Shown one piece after another: positions 11,650 through 24,300 of a stretch of DNA of 64,000 bases. Within the stretch, counting starts at the first letter, position 1. The number at the start of each line of letters is the position of its first letter. Both the position numbers and the translations under genes were made by a program. A model generated the notes under the pieces. That model saw only the letters and a program-made list of their open reading frames with translations. It had not been told where the DNA came from and made no database searches. Source of the stretch: Monocercomonoides exilis PA203. Taxonomy: Eukaryota > Protista > Preaxostyla. Location: contig LSRY02000003.1 of the NCBI GenBank assembly GCA_001643675.2, positions 868,001-932,000 on the forward strand, in the 5' to 3' direction.

Positions 11650-14230
11650 CCATGGGTGCTTAACCCACCCCCTGGTGCCAAACCCGCACTCTATTCATAT
11701 TTGAATGAGCTTTCAAAATACAATTCGACACTTGAATATTGAAAACTATTATAAAACAGCTAATAATGATGTCAATAATCCAAGTTTAGCTTTTGCTCAG
11801 TCTCCGTTAATTTTTGTTCTTTCAAAATTTGGCCAGTTTCTTCTTTAATACAAAGACTATATTAATCGCAACTTTTTCAGAGCTAGTGAAAATAATAAAA
11901 CAGTTCAATATTATTTGCTTTGTACATCAGATAACGAAATTTGTTAACGTTATCTTTGATTCAAAATGACAACAAAAGAAATTTTGATATGCTTGATCAC
12001 ACCCAATAAAGATGACTGAAAAACCCGAATTATCATTAACTCAGTTGCACAGAGTTCTTGCAACTGAGGGATATCGCGCATTCAAATCCCCCTCGATAAA
12101 GCTTTTCGCAATTCGACAAAGTTTTAAGTGAAATATTCAACTGCAATAAAAGCAAAAGTTGTGTCAAAAGATGCATGGAAAAGAGGAATAAGAGCGGAAA
12201 GAGCTGGCAGAGAGGCTGGAAAAAATGGGCACCCTCAGGCAATTACGAACGACCAATTGGAAGAAATTGAGAACCGGGTGCTAGTACTTTCATCAAATCA
12301 GACAATAGTTCGAATTCGCGATGTGCAAAACATGGTTTCCAATATTTATTTATTTGTTTTTGTGATATCTCTATGTTGCTAAGTGTGTGGATCTAATAGA
12401 AGAATCATCAAAACCAAAGAAAGAATTCAAAGCAATCAACAAAAAATATGCGTTCAAATTAATTCAACGAAGTGATATATTGAAGGCTGCTATCGCAAGG
12501 CATACGGATGTTGCAAAAATATCAGCGTAGTCACCAGAAAACATCAGAGGATGGTTTTGGAATTATTGAGCACTGTAAAGGAATACAATATCACAGCTGC
12601 GTATATTTTCAATTTTGATGAATCGTCAATCTCATGTGGGAAATCATCGAACAAACTGGTTTTCAGCCTTCAAAATAAAACTCCTCCAGCTGTTCCAATA
12701 CCTCCAAAAGTTTCGAATGCCACAATTTGTCTCTGCGTCTGAACTGACGGATCTTGATTGCTTTGTTTACTTCTTTGTCCTAAGAAAACACTCCCAAAAG
12801 AGTTTCGTACTCTATCATCATTTGATATCAGATATATTAATTCCTCTTCCGGGTGGATCACCTAGGAAATCTTCAAATTCATCATGATTAATTACTGGAT
12901 TCCATTAATCGTAGAGAAAGTGAAACCTACAAATTCTCATCGTGCACTTTTATTAATGGATAATCATTCAACTCACAATGACGAAATTGTAATTGAAGCA
13001 GCTAAAAAAATTTCATCATTCGGAAAAAATTCCCACCAAATATAACACATTTGCTTCAGCCGTGTGACTCATGTGTTTTTTCTTGACTGAAATCCACTTT
13101 GAGTGACAAATTTGTTATTCCTTCTCCATTTTCTCTCCCTTCTTATCGAGCCCAACTTGCAGAAATTCTCCCCGAAGCCTTGGCTACAGCTTGTGTTCCA
13201 TCAACAGTGAAGGCAGCATTCATTAAGACAGGAGTCTGGCCTGTTGCTGCAGCTCCCGTTCTCTCTCGCGTATCTGGAGCACCAATTGGAGCCTCTCCAT
13301 TGAAAGAACATCTTCCTTCTTCGTCTCAAGATTGACGCGAAGAACTTTTCGGGAACTATTCTCCAACAAAAATTCAAAGAATCCCAGCTTCATCAAAAAC
13401 ATCAGATGTTTATTCTGCAGGAAAAACAAACTCAGCAAAATCAACTTCATCGAACATACCGACATGTTCTTTTCCATCTGAAGATCACGAATTAAATTCA
13501 ACAACAATTATTGAAGATTTAGATAGCTTTGAATTGAAAAAACAACTTGAAGATGCTGAAAAGCATCTTGCATTTCTTCGATCCAAATATAAAGAAATTG
13601 AAAAAGCGAAAACTTCTTCGACTTCTTCGACTCCTTCAACATCAAAAACCAAGCATTCTCGTGAAAAATTAAACATTCTTTTGTCAAGCTCTTTTGCAAA
13701 TGAAAATAAAAGAGAAATAAAACAGAAAAAGAAAAAGAAAAAGATTATCTTTGAAATTATCAACGATGATACAAGTGGAGAAAGCTACATTGATGAAAGA
13801 AGAAAACCGGAAAAGGAGAAGCCAATTCAAAGAGCAGTTTCACCATCTTTCAGCAAAAAAGAAATTGAATATCGCGAAAAGTATTATTCTTCGTTGTCAT
13901 CGTAGTTTGTTTGTTTTATTTTTCATGGAAAAGTTTACAACTGCTGAAAGTGAAAATTAATGAAGAAGAATGAATAAGGAACTTTCTTAAAAATTGTTAT
14001 TCTTGTTATGCAGGAAACTGATGTTGTTGAAGTATTTTTTCAAAAAAAACTTCGAAACCTTTTAATCTCAAACACTAAACAATAAAACTTCTTTATTTAA
14101 TGATGTACTTGTCCTATTTTTTTTTTGCTCAACGATTAGAAATGAATAGTGACCATCAATCAAAATTTGAACTTTTAATACAATTTGTGGGAGCGGGTTT
14201 CGCATCAGGGTGCGGGTTAAGCACCCATGG
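11650..14230 (+). mobile_element. pogo/Fot-like DNA transposon, complete ends, decayed transposase
   Basis: TA target duplication at 11648-49 and 14231-32. ~38-bp TIRs starting CCATGGGTGCTTAACCC, first 17 bp perfect. Confidence 0.92.
12012..13905 (+). pseudogene. pogo-like DDE_1 transposase pseudogene
   Basis: Motifs YIFNFDES, GWIT, LLLMDNHSTH and FPPNITHLLQPCD. Intron at 12335-12383. Several stops and frameshifts; Lys-rich C-terminus. Confidence 0.9.
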
Positions 14231-14794
14231 TATTAATGTTCATTGTTCAATATTTTGCTAACAAATAAATTTTTCATTCAAATTATTTTTAATTTGATAA
14301 CGATATATTATTTTGGATTGAAAATCATTGATTAAACATCGAAATTATTTTATATAAAATTGAAAAAAAAGTTGATAAATACAGAATTTCAATTAAAGAA
14401 AAAACCAATAAAATTATTTTGATTCAAATGTTGACAATTTGAAATGTATTTTTATTGAGAATATTTTTCTTTTATTTCAAGCCATTGTTATCTTTAATTT
14501 TGACTGAAATTGTTTAATCCTCTTCTTGTTCAGAAAATTGAAAACGTTAAATATATTTAGTCTCAAATAATGATGACGTTGAAAAAACATTTCGTTTTGA
14601 ATGAATAAAACTGATTTCAAAAATTATGATTCTTAAAAGTGTTGGATTTTATATTTTTTTTATTCTTTTATATATTAAATAATTTTTATTTGTGTCAATC
14701 CCGATATAAATAAATGACGAAACATTTTGTGCAATAAAAAATAAATGATTTTTTATAATTCATTTAAATTATTGTTAGTTTTTTTCAATCATTT

Positions 14795-15001
14795 GACTGA
14801 TCCTTTTTGAAATCAAACTTTCGTTTGAGTTTTGATCAAAATTTTTATCTCAATGGGATTATCAATAAAAATGAGGTATCATAGGAACACATATTGCAAA
14901 TGATATTGCAATTGCTAAAATAAAATTTGATAAAAAAACCCATTGAGCAGAAATATACGATCAAAACTCGAACGAAAGTCTAAATTAAAAAAGGATCAGC
15001 C
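14795..15001. mobile_element. Foldback MITE, family A copy 1
   Basis: G(G/A)CTGATCCTTTTT...TTTGAGTTTTGATC is mirrored by GATCAAAACTCGAACGAAAG...AAAAAGGATCAGCC. Related copy at 40153-40365. Confidence 0.7.
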
Positions 15002-15337
15002 ATTTTAAACTTGTTGCTCTTTTTTCTTAAATATTATCATTTAACATTTTTATTTTTAATTCAAATGAGCTCCAAACATTTAGTAAACAAATTCCAAAAA
15101 AAATTTTTACTTTTCTCTGAACTTGTCAAGAGTCAATGAGAAATTGTTTCTTATTCATTTTTTAAAAATCAGAAATCTCAAAATTCACCTTTTCCATAAA
15201 TCCACATCTTGTCAAAACACACATCTCAAAAACTAACGAAGCGAATTTCAGTTTTGGTCCAAATTGAGGTAAACATGCTCAAACAACTTTCTCTCACAGT
15301 TTGTTTTCATGTTTGGAATGAACATCAAATATTCTGA

Positions 15338-18300
15338 TCATCCCTCTCCGAACATGCCTTTCATCTCATTCACTTCCATTTCCCCTTCCTTTTCACACTC
15401 CTTGCTCTCTCTGCCTTCATCCTGCTCTTCACTGCTTTCCTCAAGAATGATTGCATCTGTCATCGTCACAACAAATGTCCCAGAAGGAAACAGCCCAACC
15501 AGCTCTTTCTTCACTTCAGTGAGTGTCGGTCTTTTCGATGGCTCTGCTGACAGACACGCATTCACCATATTCTTCAATCCACTCTCTTCAATCCCCCTCT
15601 CATCCGGCTTCTCTCCATCAGCAATCTTTTGCCCTGCCACTTCCCCTTCGTATTCTCCAAACGGGATCTCGAGTGTCACACACTCCCACAGCATCATCCC
15701 GATGGAGAATGCCACTGACTTCTCCGTTGCTCCCATCTTCCTGTTCATCACCAGCTCTGGCGCCTTCCACCTCAAACACTCCTTCCACTTGTCTTCATCA
15801 TCCTCAAACGCTGATGAGGGCAGAGAATCTCTTTCATCATCATCATCATCCTCCTCACTTGCAGATGTCACAATGGTGGTTGATGAGATTGAGGATGAAT
15901 CCGAATCATTAGATGACGAGGAGCAGTCGGATTGGAGCGCAATGCAGATCACCATGTGCTCCGAGAACAGCACAATGTGCGGACTCAGCTCTCGCAAAGA
16001 GGGAAGTTCGTCTTCCTCATCTTCAAGCGAGTGCAACGCTCCATTCGCCACCCAGAACAGCATCTGCGCTCCTGTCAGCTCCCTCTCCTTCAATGTGCCA
16101 ATCGCCAGATCTTTCTTCTCATTCCTCCCATGAAGCAACATGAATAGCGAATCCCTCAGATCCACAATCAACTTTTCATAAGGTGATGAGCACGCCATTG
16201 CATCCACCAGATTCGACATGGACGATGTGGTTGGACACAGACTCTCTGTTCGAACAAACGTTGAATCTGAATCGGTTGTTGAAGTGGATGAGATGGATGG
16301 TGATGGTGTTCTGTTCCTAATCTCTTCTTCTTCATCTTTCTCCAGCATCCATTCTGGGATCTTGTCTGAATCTCTCCCCAAAATGTATTCAGTTGATCCA
16401 CTTTCAGCCAAAAGATGCTCTGATGACTCCGAATGTCCCAAGTTTTTCTCATACACCCTCTTCTTAATTCTCTCATCGTTCTTCTTTTCTGCCTCCCTCT
16501 CTGCTCTTCTCCACTGCTCTTCTGGAGACATCTCTATCGTCACCATCTCAAATGCCTTTGGATCTTTTCTGATGTTGTCATTCACAATTTCTCTCATATC
16601 TTCAGCTTCATTCTTAACCTTCCTCCATCGAACAGCCAAAACAACAATTATTGTCAGCAAAATTATGAATATGAAGCATGCAATCACAATAACAATCCAC
16701 CACGACTTCTTCTCATTTCCTCCTTCAACAATCCTTTCATCATCTTTTGGAGGAGTCATGCTTGCATTTTTCAGAATGAATGAATTTGTTGAAGAAGGAG
16801 ATTCTGCATTCCCAAACAAAATATGAACACTCACCTCTATTTCATCATTACAACTTCTGATTAGATCTTTTCCCATACTCCCTTCAATTTCTCTTTCTGA
16901 CAAAAACCTATTTGAGTCAAAATCAAAATGTTCAATCTCTTTCTCTTCTCCTTTCCTCTTCACAACTGAGAATGACAGATTGCATGGAATAAGAAGCAAT
17001 CCTTTGAATGTCAGCTTCATTCTATCTGTCTCTTCTTTTGCTTCCACACTCTCCAGCACAGGAATGAAGAATGATGAATCCCTTTCTGAAACAATCCCTT
17101 CAAAACTGCACCCATCATTCAACATCCAAAGTGATGTGTTTCTTTCCCATCCATCTCCTCCTTTCAAACTCATCACATTCAATGTTCCTGAATCTGAACA
17201 GATGATATTTCTTCTCAATGATGGATATCCTTCAATAGTTGGATAGTTATTCAAAAACTCTCCTTTCTCAATTATCACACTTCCTCCACTCATTGTTATT
17301 CCACCTTCTGGTGAATTCGAGATTGTTGAATCTTTCACTATCACAGAACTCTTCACAACATCAACAAGAGAACCATCCCATCTGCACATCTCTTCTTCTG
17401 TATTTGAATTCTTTTCATTTCTTTCCTTTGAATTTCCATCAAAAATGCAACTGTCCATTTTCACATCCAAGCAATCCTCCAGCTTTATCAACTCCCCTTT
17501 TGTGGTCTTTGTGGTTGTTTCTCCCATTGTGCAATTTGTCAACTGAATTGTCTTTTTCATTGACAAGCAAGATATTAATGATTCTTCATTTCCTTCAGCT
17601 GTGATATTTTCAGCAAGCAGTCTATCAATTTTCAATTGTCCACATTCATTTATATCAATCAGAGAAGTTTCTATTGTCGAATGGCAAATCGTTAATGAAT
17701 CAATCACTGATGGAAGTTGAGAAGAAAGATGAAATGCAGATTCTTGAAGAATGAGATTTGATATTGTGCATTCCACAAGTTGTAATTCTCCTTTTTCCAT
17801 ATTAATAATGTGAAATTGAATGTTTGCAAATTCTGAATTAATTCCTTCCATCAGTTGTTTTGTTATGAATGAACAATTCATCATTTCAAGGATTCCTCCT
17901 TCTGGTGATATCAATGATTCATGTTGAGTAATGAAATTCGAATCAAACACAAAGCTTACTCTCAGCAATGAGACTGTTCCTGTTGTTATCACCAATGCCT
18001 TTCTTGTTCTTTTAATCCCTGATTTCACTTCAACTTCACACATCTCTCTGCTCTTCGAGCTCAAGCTCATTTCCTTCAGATTTATCTCTTCTTCAATCAC
18101 ACTTTCTTCAACAATGAACATTTGACTTATGAAATCAGAAGTCATATGTATCAGCCCATGATTAATTGAATAACAAGGAAGCATGTTTGTTCCACATCTC
18201 CTCCCATTCAAACCATTCAAGCTGCTCACAATGATCGTATCACTCTGATGAATCGTCACAAAATCAATCAGATCTGTATCTTCTTTGTGTTCGCAACTAT

Positions 18301-21300
18301 CAATTCCATATATCGCATTAATTCGTGAATAGTGGCCTTCTCGAAGATCAAATTGAAATTGGGTTTCATTGATCTGTGATGTGATGTTGAAACATTCAAT
18401 GAAAACATCATTCCCCACTTTTGCTGTATTTTCATTGAATTTCATTCCCACAAATGTGAAATTCAATTCTCCTCGTTCCTTTGTTGTCAAATACACTCCT
18501 CCTCCTCTCCCTGAACTAAGACTGCAGCTGCAATGGCTAATTGTCGAGTCAATCATCTTCATCGATCCAGACGATCCCAATGTGAAGTATATTGCACCTC
18601 CTTTTTCACTTTTTTCTGCTTTGTCTTCTGTAATGTTGCTCTCCTTTACAACCAAATCAATCTTTTTCTCACTCTTTGATTCCAAAACGCTTGCTCCATT
18701 GTCACTTCTCTTCACCCCTGAAAATGATGAATTATCAATGTTGAGATTCATTTCCTCTCCTCCTTCATTAATCTTTGTTGTTGATTCAGGTCCTTTGATC
18801 AGAAGAAGGCATCCGCCTCTTTCATTCAACAATTTCACTCGAACATCCATCAAATGGACTGAAACTCCAGCATCATGAATGCCAAATATACTGTTTCCAA
18901 CATTGCATGATTCAATTGACAAATCGTTCACTTCCACACTGCCTCCAATCGCATCCACAAATACACAATCAAATCCATTGTTCACTCCTGCTTCAGAATA
19001 GAATGAACATCCACTTATCACCAAATCTCCATTTTTATTTGAAATTATCGTTTTGGCTGAGTTGTTAAATCCAGATGTCAGTTGTAATTGGATATTTGTC
19101 AATTCAAGATGAATATTATTTCCCATGAAATATTCCAGTTGACTTCCAATTGCTTTTTCAAAATTCAATTTGGCTTTTGTAGCCTCTTCTCCCATTGAAG
19201 AAGCCTTTTTGATTTGATAATTGGACATGTTATATGAATTTCGAATAGCAGTTGATCCTTCAATCTGAATTGTTTTCATATCATCTCCCGTTTCCATATT
19301 TTTCATCCCTTTCCACATTGTTTGACATGGCTCTTCCTCACTTCCACATCTTGCAACATCAAATCCTTCTGATGAGATAAATATCTCAAATGAGCTGAAT
19401 GGTATCAAAAACATGAACAAATCCTTTTCTTGATTGTTATCACTTCCAACAAACAAATTGTCATCATTTATCATTGATGAATAATCGAAGGCAAATGACT
19501 CATTTGTCACAGAAGAATTAAAATCCTTTCCCAAAATGAACGCATTCTTTCCATTGGATGCTTTGTTGTTCTCAAATGTTACGCCAGTATCAAAAATAAA
19601 TGGATTTTCATTCAAACAATTTTCACAATCCAAATACAGAAATCCACCTTTTCCATTTCTTGATGAAAGTGAGCAAGATGATGCATTTGTTGATTTAATC
19701 ACCAGTTCTTCATTTCCTTTTAATGTCACTTTTGCAACACCTCCTTCTCCACTGCTTCCAGCGTTCACAATATTTGAAAAGTTGTTGTTTTCAAACAAAA
19801 CAGAAGAAGTTATCACCAATGGAGATATGACAAACGAACAATCTGCCAATCTGCATCCTTTCAGTGTGCAACTTCCAGTGGTTGTTGTTATCAACGAGTA
19901 TTGAACCATATCTGTTGATGATTGAATCTCAAATAAACAGGTTTCAAGTTGAAGAACTCCACTCGATGAGATCAGTGTATTCATATTTGGCTCAAATTGA
20001 CTTGGAATCTGCAATTTCAATGATAGCAAGCTGAGTGATACTGTTGATGAAATAACAGATGAAGATGATGGTGAAGAATTCCCTTTGATTCTTTCATTAA
20101 ACTGAATTGGCTTGTGCTTGGTTTCATCTCCTTCATTCACACACCCATCAATCACAAGTGCATCTGCGAAAGAAAATATATCTTCAATTGTCCCTTCATC
20201 CCTCACTTTCACTTTCCTTTCTCCAACTGCTCCACTTCTGTCAATGTGGTCAATTCCACTTTTCATAGATTCACACGGGAATATTTCACTTCCACATCCC
20301 AATGTGTCATGTCCACCAGTCGATACAGACACGACCATCCACTTCAAAGAAACAAGAAACACTCGCAGATCCATTTCCCCGTAAATCTCATCTTCTCCAA
20401 CAAATGCATTTCCATCATTAGAATATCCTGAGCAATCAAATGCAAAACGCTCCGTATTCACACTGTTCACCAGATTCCCACTCTTCACAAACATATTCTT
20501 CCCTATCGTTGCTGAACATCCTGAAAACGATATCGATGAAAGCTGAAATCCTTCTTCATTTGAACTGCAATCCAGATATATCCCTCCTCCTTTTCCTCCC
20601 TCACTCAAATTCTCACAAACACAGCCAGTAAATGAACTCTCTTGAATTGTCATATATCCTCCATTCTTCAGAAAGATCTTCAGTGCTCCTCCTTCTTCAC
20701 TCTTCTCCGACAATGCCCCGTCAAATCTGCTTCCATTTATCATCATCCCAACTTCCATGCTCCCTCCAATCACGGCTGCCTCTTCACCTCCATCAATCTC
20801 CAATCTTTCCATTGCACAATTCAACAATTTCACTTTGTATTCCTGATCGTTCACATTAGCTGATGAAAGTGAAAATGAAAATAGCGAGACTGTTGATTTC
20901 ACATCTGATATCGTGACTGAGTTGAGTTCAACCATCTTCCCTGTTGATTTAATCAAGAAAAATCCAATTGTATTTTCCTTTCCTCCAACAACATTCATCG
21001 CACAATTCTTCAAGTGCAATTCGCCATTTTGAGTGCTCGATTCAATCACTGCTGAGATTGTTCTGCTGAAACTCGATGGAACAACAATCCCAATGAACTG
21101 TATTTCTGTCAGTGATTCTGATTTCAGAATACATTCGTCAGATCCACTCGCTTCTCTTTGGCATTCGATATTTACAACAACTTCCTGTTTTGCCTTTATA
21201 CACATTCCTGCCACATCCACACATCCAGTCATCAATGTGTTTGAAATAACAATAATCTCCTCTTTAACATTCAGTGTTCTCTTCAAATGCCCCATTCCAT

Positions 21301-24300
21301 AATTCACATTCAAACATGGTGCCTTTTCTATTCCACAATACACCTCCTCAACACCAGATATTCCATCCACAAATATTGTATCATCAAAGAAACCGTCAAA
21401 GAATATAAACAAATCGACATTCCAATCGCCAAATGCTTCTGTTCTGTCATGTCCAACAGCCGAATTGTCTTTCTGAGTGATGTTTCCCATGAAGGCGAAC
21501 AAGGGCTCTTTCACAGAAGCGACAAGGGATCCACACACAAAATACACATCTCTTCCGACACTCGCCTTGTTGGCTGAAAACACCACATTGGTGATGGAAA
21601 AGGAGGATTCTGACACTTGTGAGCCTTCATTGAACTCGATCATGAGAGCACCGCCTCTTCCTCCAGAACTTGTATCCTCGCTCACACAGCAGGTGGAGAA
21701 GGTGGTGTCACTCACCGAAAACGAATTGGCAGAGGCAGACGAGGCGAATGAGATGCACCCGCCATTGGTGGCAGTCTGTTGGTTTTGTGGAGCTGAGTTG
21801 ATGCTGGTGATGGTGCAGTTGGTGAGGGAGAGGGAGAGGGCAGGGGAGGTGGCAGAGGAGAGGACACAGCTGGTGGGGGTGGCAGTGGAGGTGATGTGGG
21901 TGATGCTGGAGGAGTTGAGGGTGAGGGGATTTGTGAGGGAGGTGAGGTGGAAGATGCTTTGACTGTTGAGGGTGAGACTGGTGATTGCTGTGTGGTTGAG
22001 GGCGAGGGAGCCAGCAGTGAGGAAGAAGAGGGGTGTTTTTATTGTTATGGAGGTTGTTCCGGTGATGGTGGTTGTGTTGAGGTTGAGGGAAGGGGAGTTT
22101 TGGGAGAGGTGGAAGAGGATGGGGGTGATTTGATTTGTGGAGTTGTGGGCGAGGGCGAGGGCAGAGACTGTGAGGGAGCCCTGGGTCTGTTGGAAGAGGG
22201 CAGACGAGGCAGATGGATCTGGTGAAGAAAATGTTGATATTGATGAAAATGAGGAAAGAGATGATGCTGATTGTGATGACTGCGAATATGAGTTTGATGG
22301 TTGGGGAATGCCACTGGAGGCGATGGTGGTGGCAGTTGTGCCACTTCCAGTGATTTTAGTGTCAACTGCACTGAAAGTGAGTGTTTGAGTGGGTGCAAAT
22401 GTTGAGGTGAGGAGCGTGAGGGAGGCGTCTTGGAGGAGGGAAATGAAGCCGGTGAGGGCATACTCGATAGTGGCACATGGGCTTAGGCGTGTTTTTCCGC
22501 AACCATCAACATCATTTCCGCTGTTGGCAACGATTTTGTTCTGGGCGATGAGGGGGAGCCAGCCATTGTACACAGCGTTATCAGCTGTTCCATTATAATA
22601 CACTCTTTTAGTTGGAGTTGTTGAGCCACAATTCTCAAACGGAGATTGAGTAATGGCATTACCATTGAAAAATACGTCGTTTCCTCTGCCATTAGTTGCA
22701 GTGTTGCCATCGAAGAAGCAGAATGTGATGAATTTCATTTCATTCATCCAGTTATATGTTGCATAACAGTAAATGGCAGCGCCTCCATATTTGACAGAGG
22801 CAGTTAATTTGTTGTTTATAAACTGGCAATCATTTACAATAAATTGACTTGGCTTATTGCTTGGAGGATATGAAAATGTCAGAGAACCAGCAGAATTACC
22901 ACCAGAATTTGCAATGCACTTGCATTTGGAAAACAGGAATTGAGCATCTGAGGGCATGCTATAGAGGGAAAAGTACCAACCAGTTCCGCACCAATCTGTT
23001 ATTTTACAACTTTCGACTCTGTTTTCTGAGAATGTCCAAACAGAATTAGGTTGATTGCAATACAAATAAGCAGTTCCTGCATGAGCAGCTGAACAGCTTG
23101 TGAAATTGGATTTTGCGATATCAACTTTTAACAAATAATCACAACATAAAGCTCCTCCATGATCACTTGTTGTACATTTGTGAAATGAGCAAGAAGTGAT
23201 TGTGAGATTTGCATTTGTACAAGAAACACAAAGTGCACCTCCTGCAGAAGATCCACCATTTGAATCGTTCCATTCACACCATTCAAAGCGATGACTGTTT
23301 TGATCGAATGAAGTAAGTCTTCCAGGTGATTTTCTGTGAGTTTCATTTCCTACATATACAACAGCAGCATTTGGTGAAGAGCGTGTTTGGCTGAGAAAAG
23401 AAGCGTTGAAGGCAGAGAGAGAGGTGGAGGGGCTGTTGAGGGAAGGGAGGACGGCACCATCGATGGGGTTGTGGGTGTGGAGGAAGATGGTTGAGTGGAT
23501 AGAGAGGGATGAGTGAAGAGAGAAGGAGGGGGTTGAATTGGCGTTGGTGGAAGTGGAAGTGGAAGAAGAGGAAGAAGTGGTTGAGATGAATGAATTGAGT
23601 GAGTGGGAGGGAAGGGATGGAAGGGATGGATGGGATTGGGGAGATGAGATGTTGGAGAAGAGGGTGTTTGAGAGATGGAGATGGAGGTGGATTTGGAGGT
23701 GGGGATGGGATTGGTGATGGATATGGAGAGGGGAAGGGGAAGGGGAAGAGGAAATCGAATGAGAAAGGGAAGGGGAAGGGGAAGAAAAAGAAGAGGATGA
23801 GGATGAGGATGAGAAAGATGAAGGAGAAGGGGATGGGTTAGAGAGGGAAGAAGGAGAAAAAAGGAAAGGCTGGACGAGGGAGACGAAAGAGGAGAATGAG
23901 GAGTGGGAGATGGAGAAGGAGGCAGGGATTGGGGAGTGGGTATCTGAGAGGAGATTGTTTGAGGTGGAGAAGAGGGGGAAGGAGAGGATGGCAGGTTGGT
24001 GGGTGGTGAGGGAGAAGTTTGTGAGGGCGAGGGAGGCATGGGCAGAGAGGAAAAGTGGAGATTTTGCTGCTTGGTTGACTTGGCAAGTGGAGGAGCAGAT
24101 GGTGGCAGATGAGTGGTGTTGGACCGTGAGGAGTGGACAGTCACCGAGAGGGATGATGTTGAGTTGGGTCACACACAAGGAGGTGTTGATGATTTTTAAA
24201 CTTGTTTGAATGCTGCAAATGTGATTGTCAGATGGTTTTATAACTTTTTCCAATGAATTGTTAAAATCAAAGTTGTAATCGTGATTTTTATCTGCAATGC

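Noticed and set aside
12528-12530. TAG aligning to CAA (Gln) in the paralogous transposase, suggesting a TAR=Gln code
   Set aside because: The element also has TGA stops and frameshifts, and intact genes here end in TAA or TAG. A single C-to-T change explains it.
23690-23790. G-quadruplex-like GGGGAA repeats
   Set aside because: Explained by Ser-Pro codon repeats on the coding strand; no independent evidence of function.
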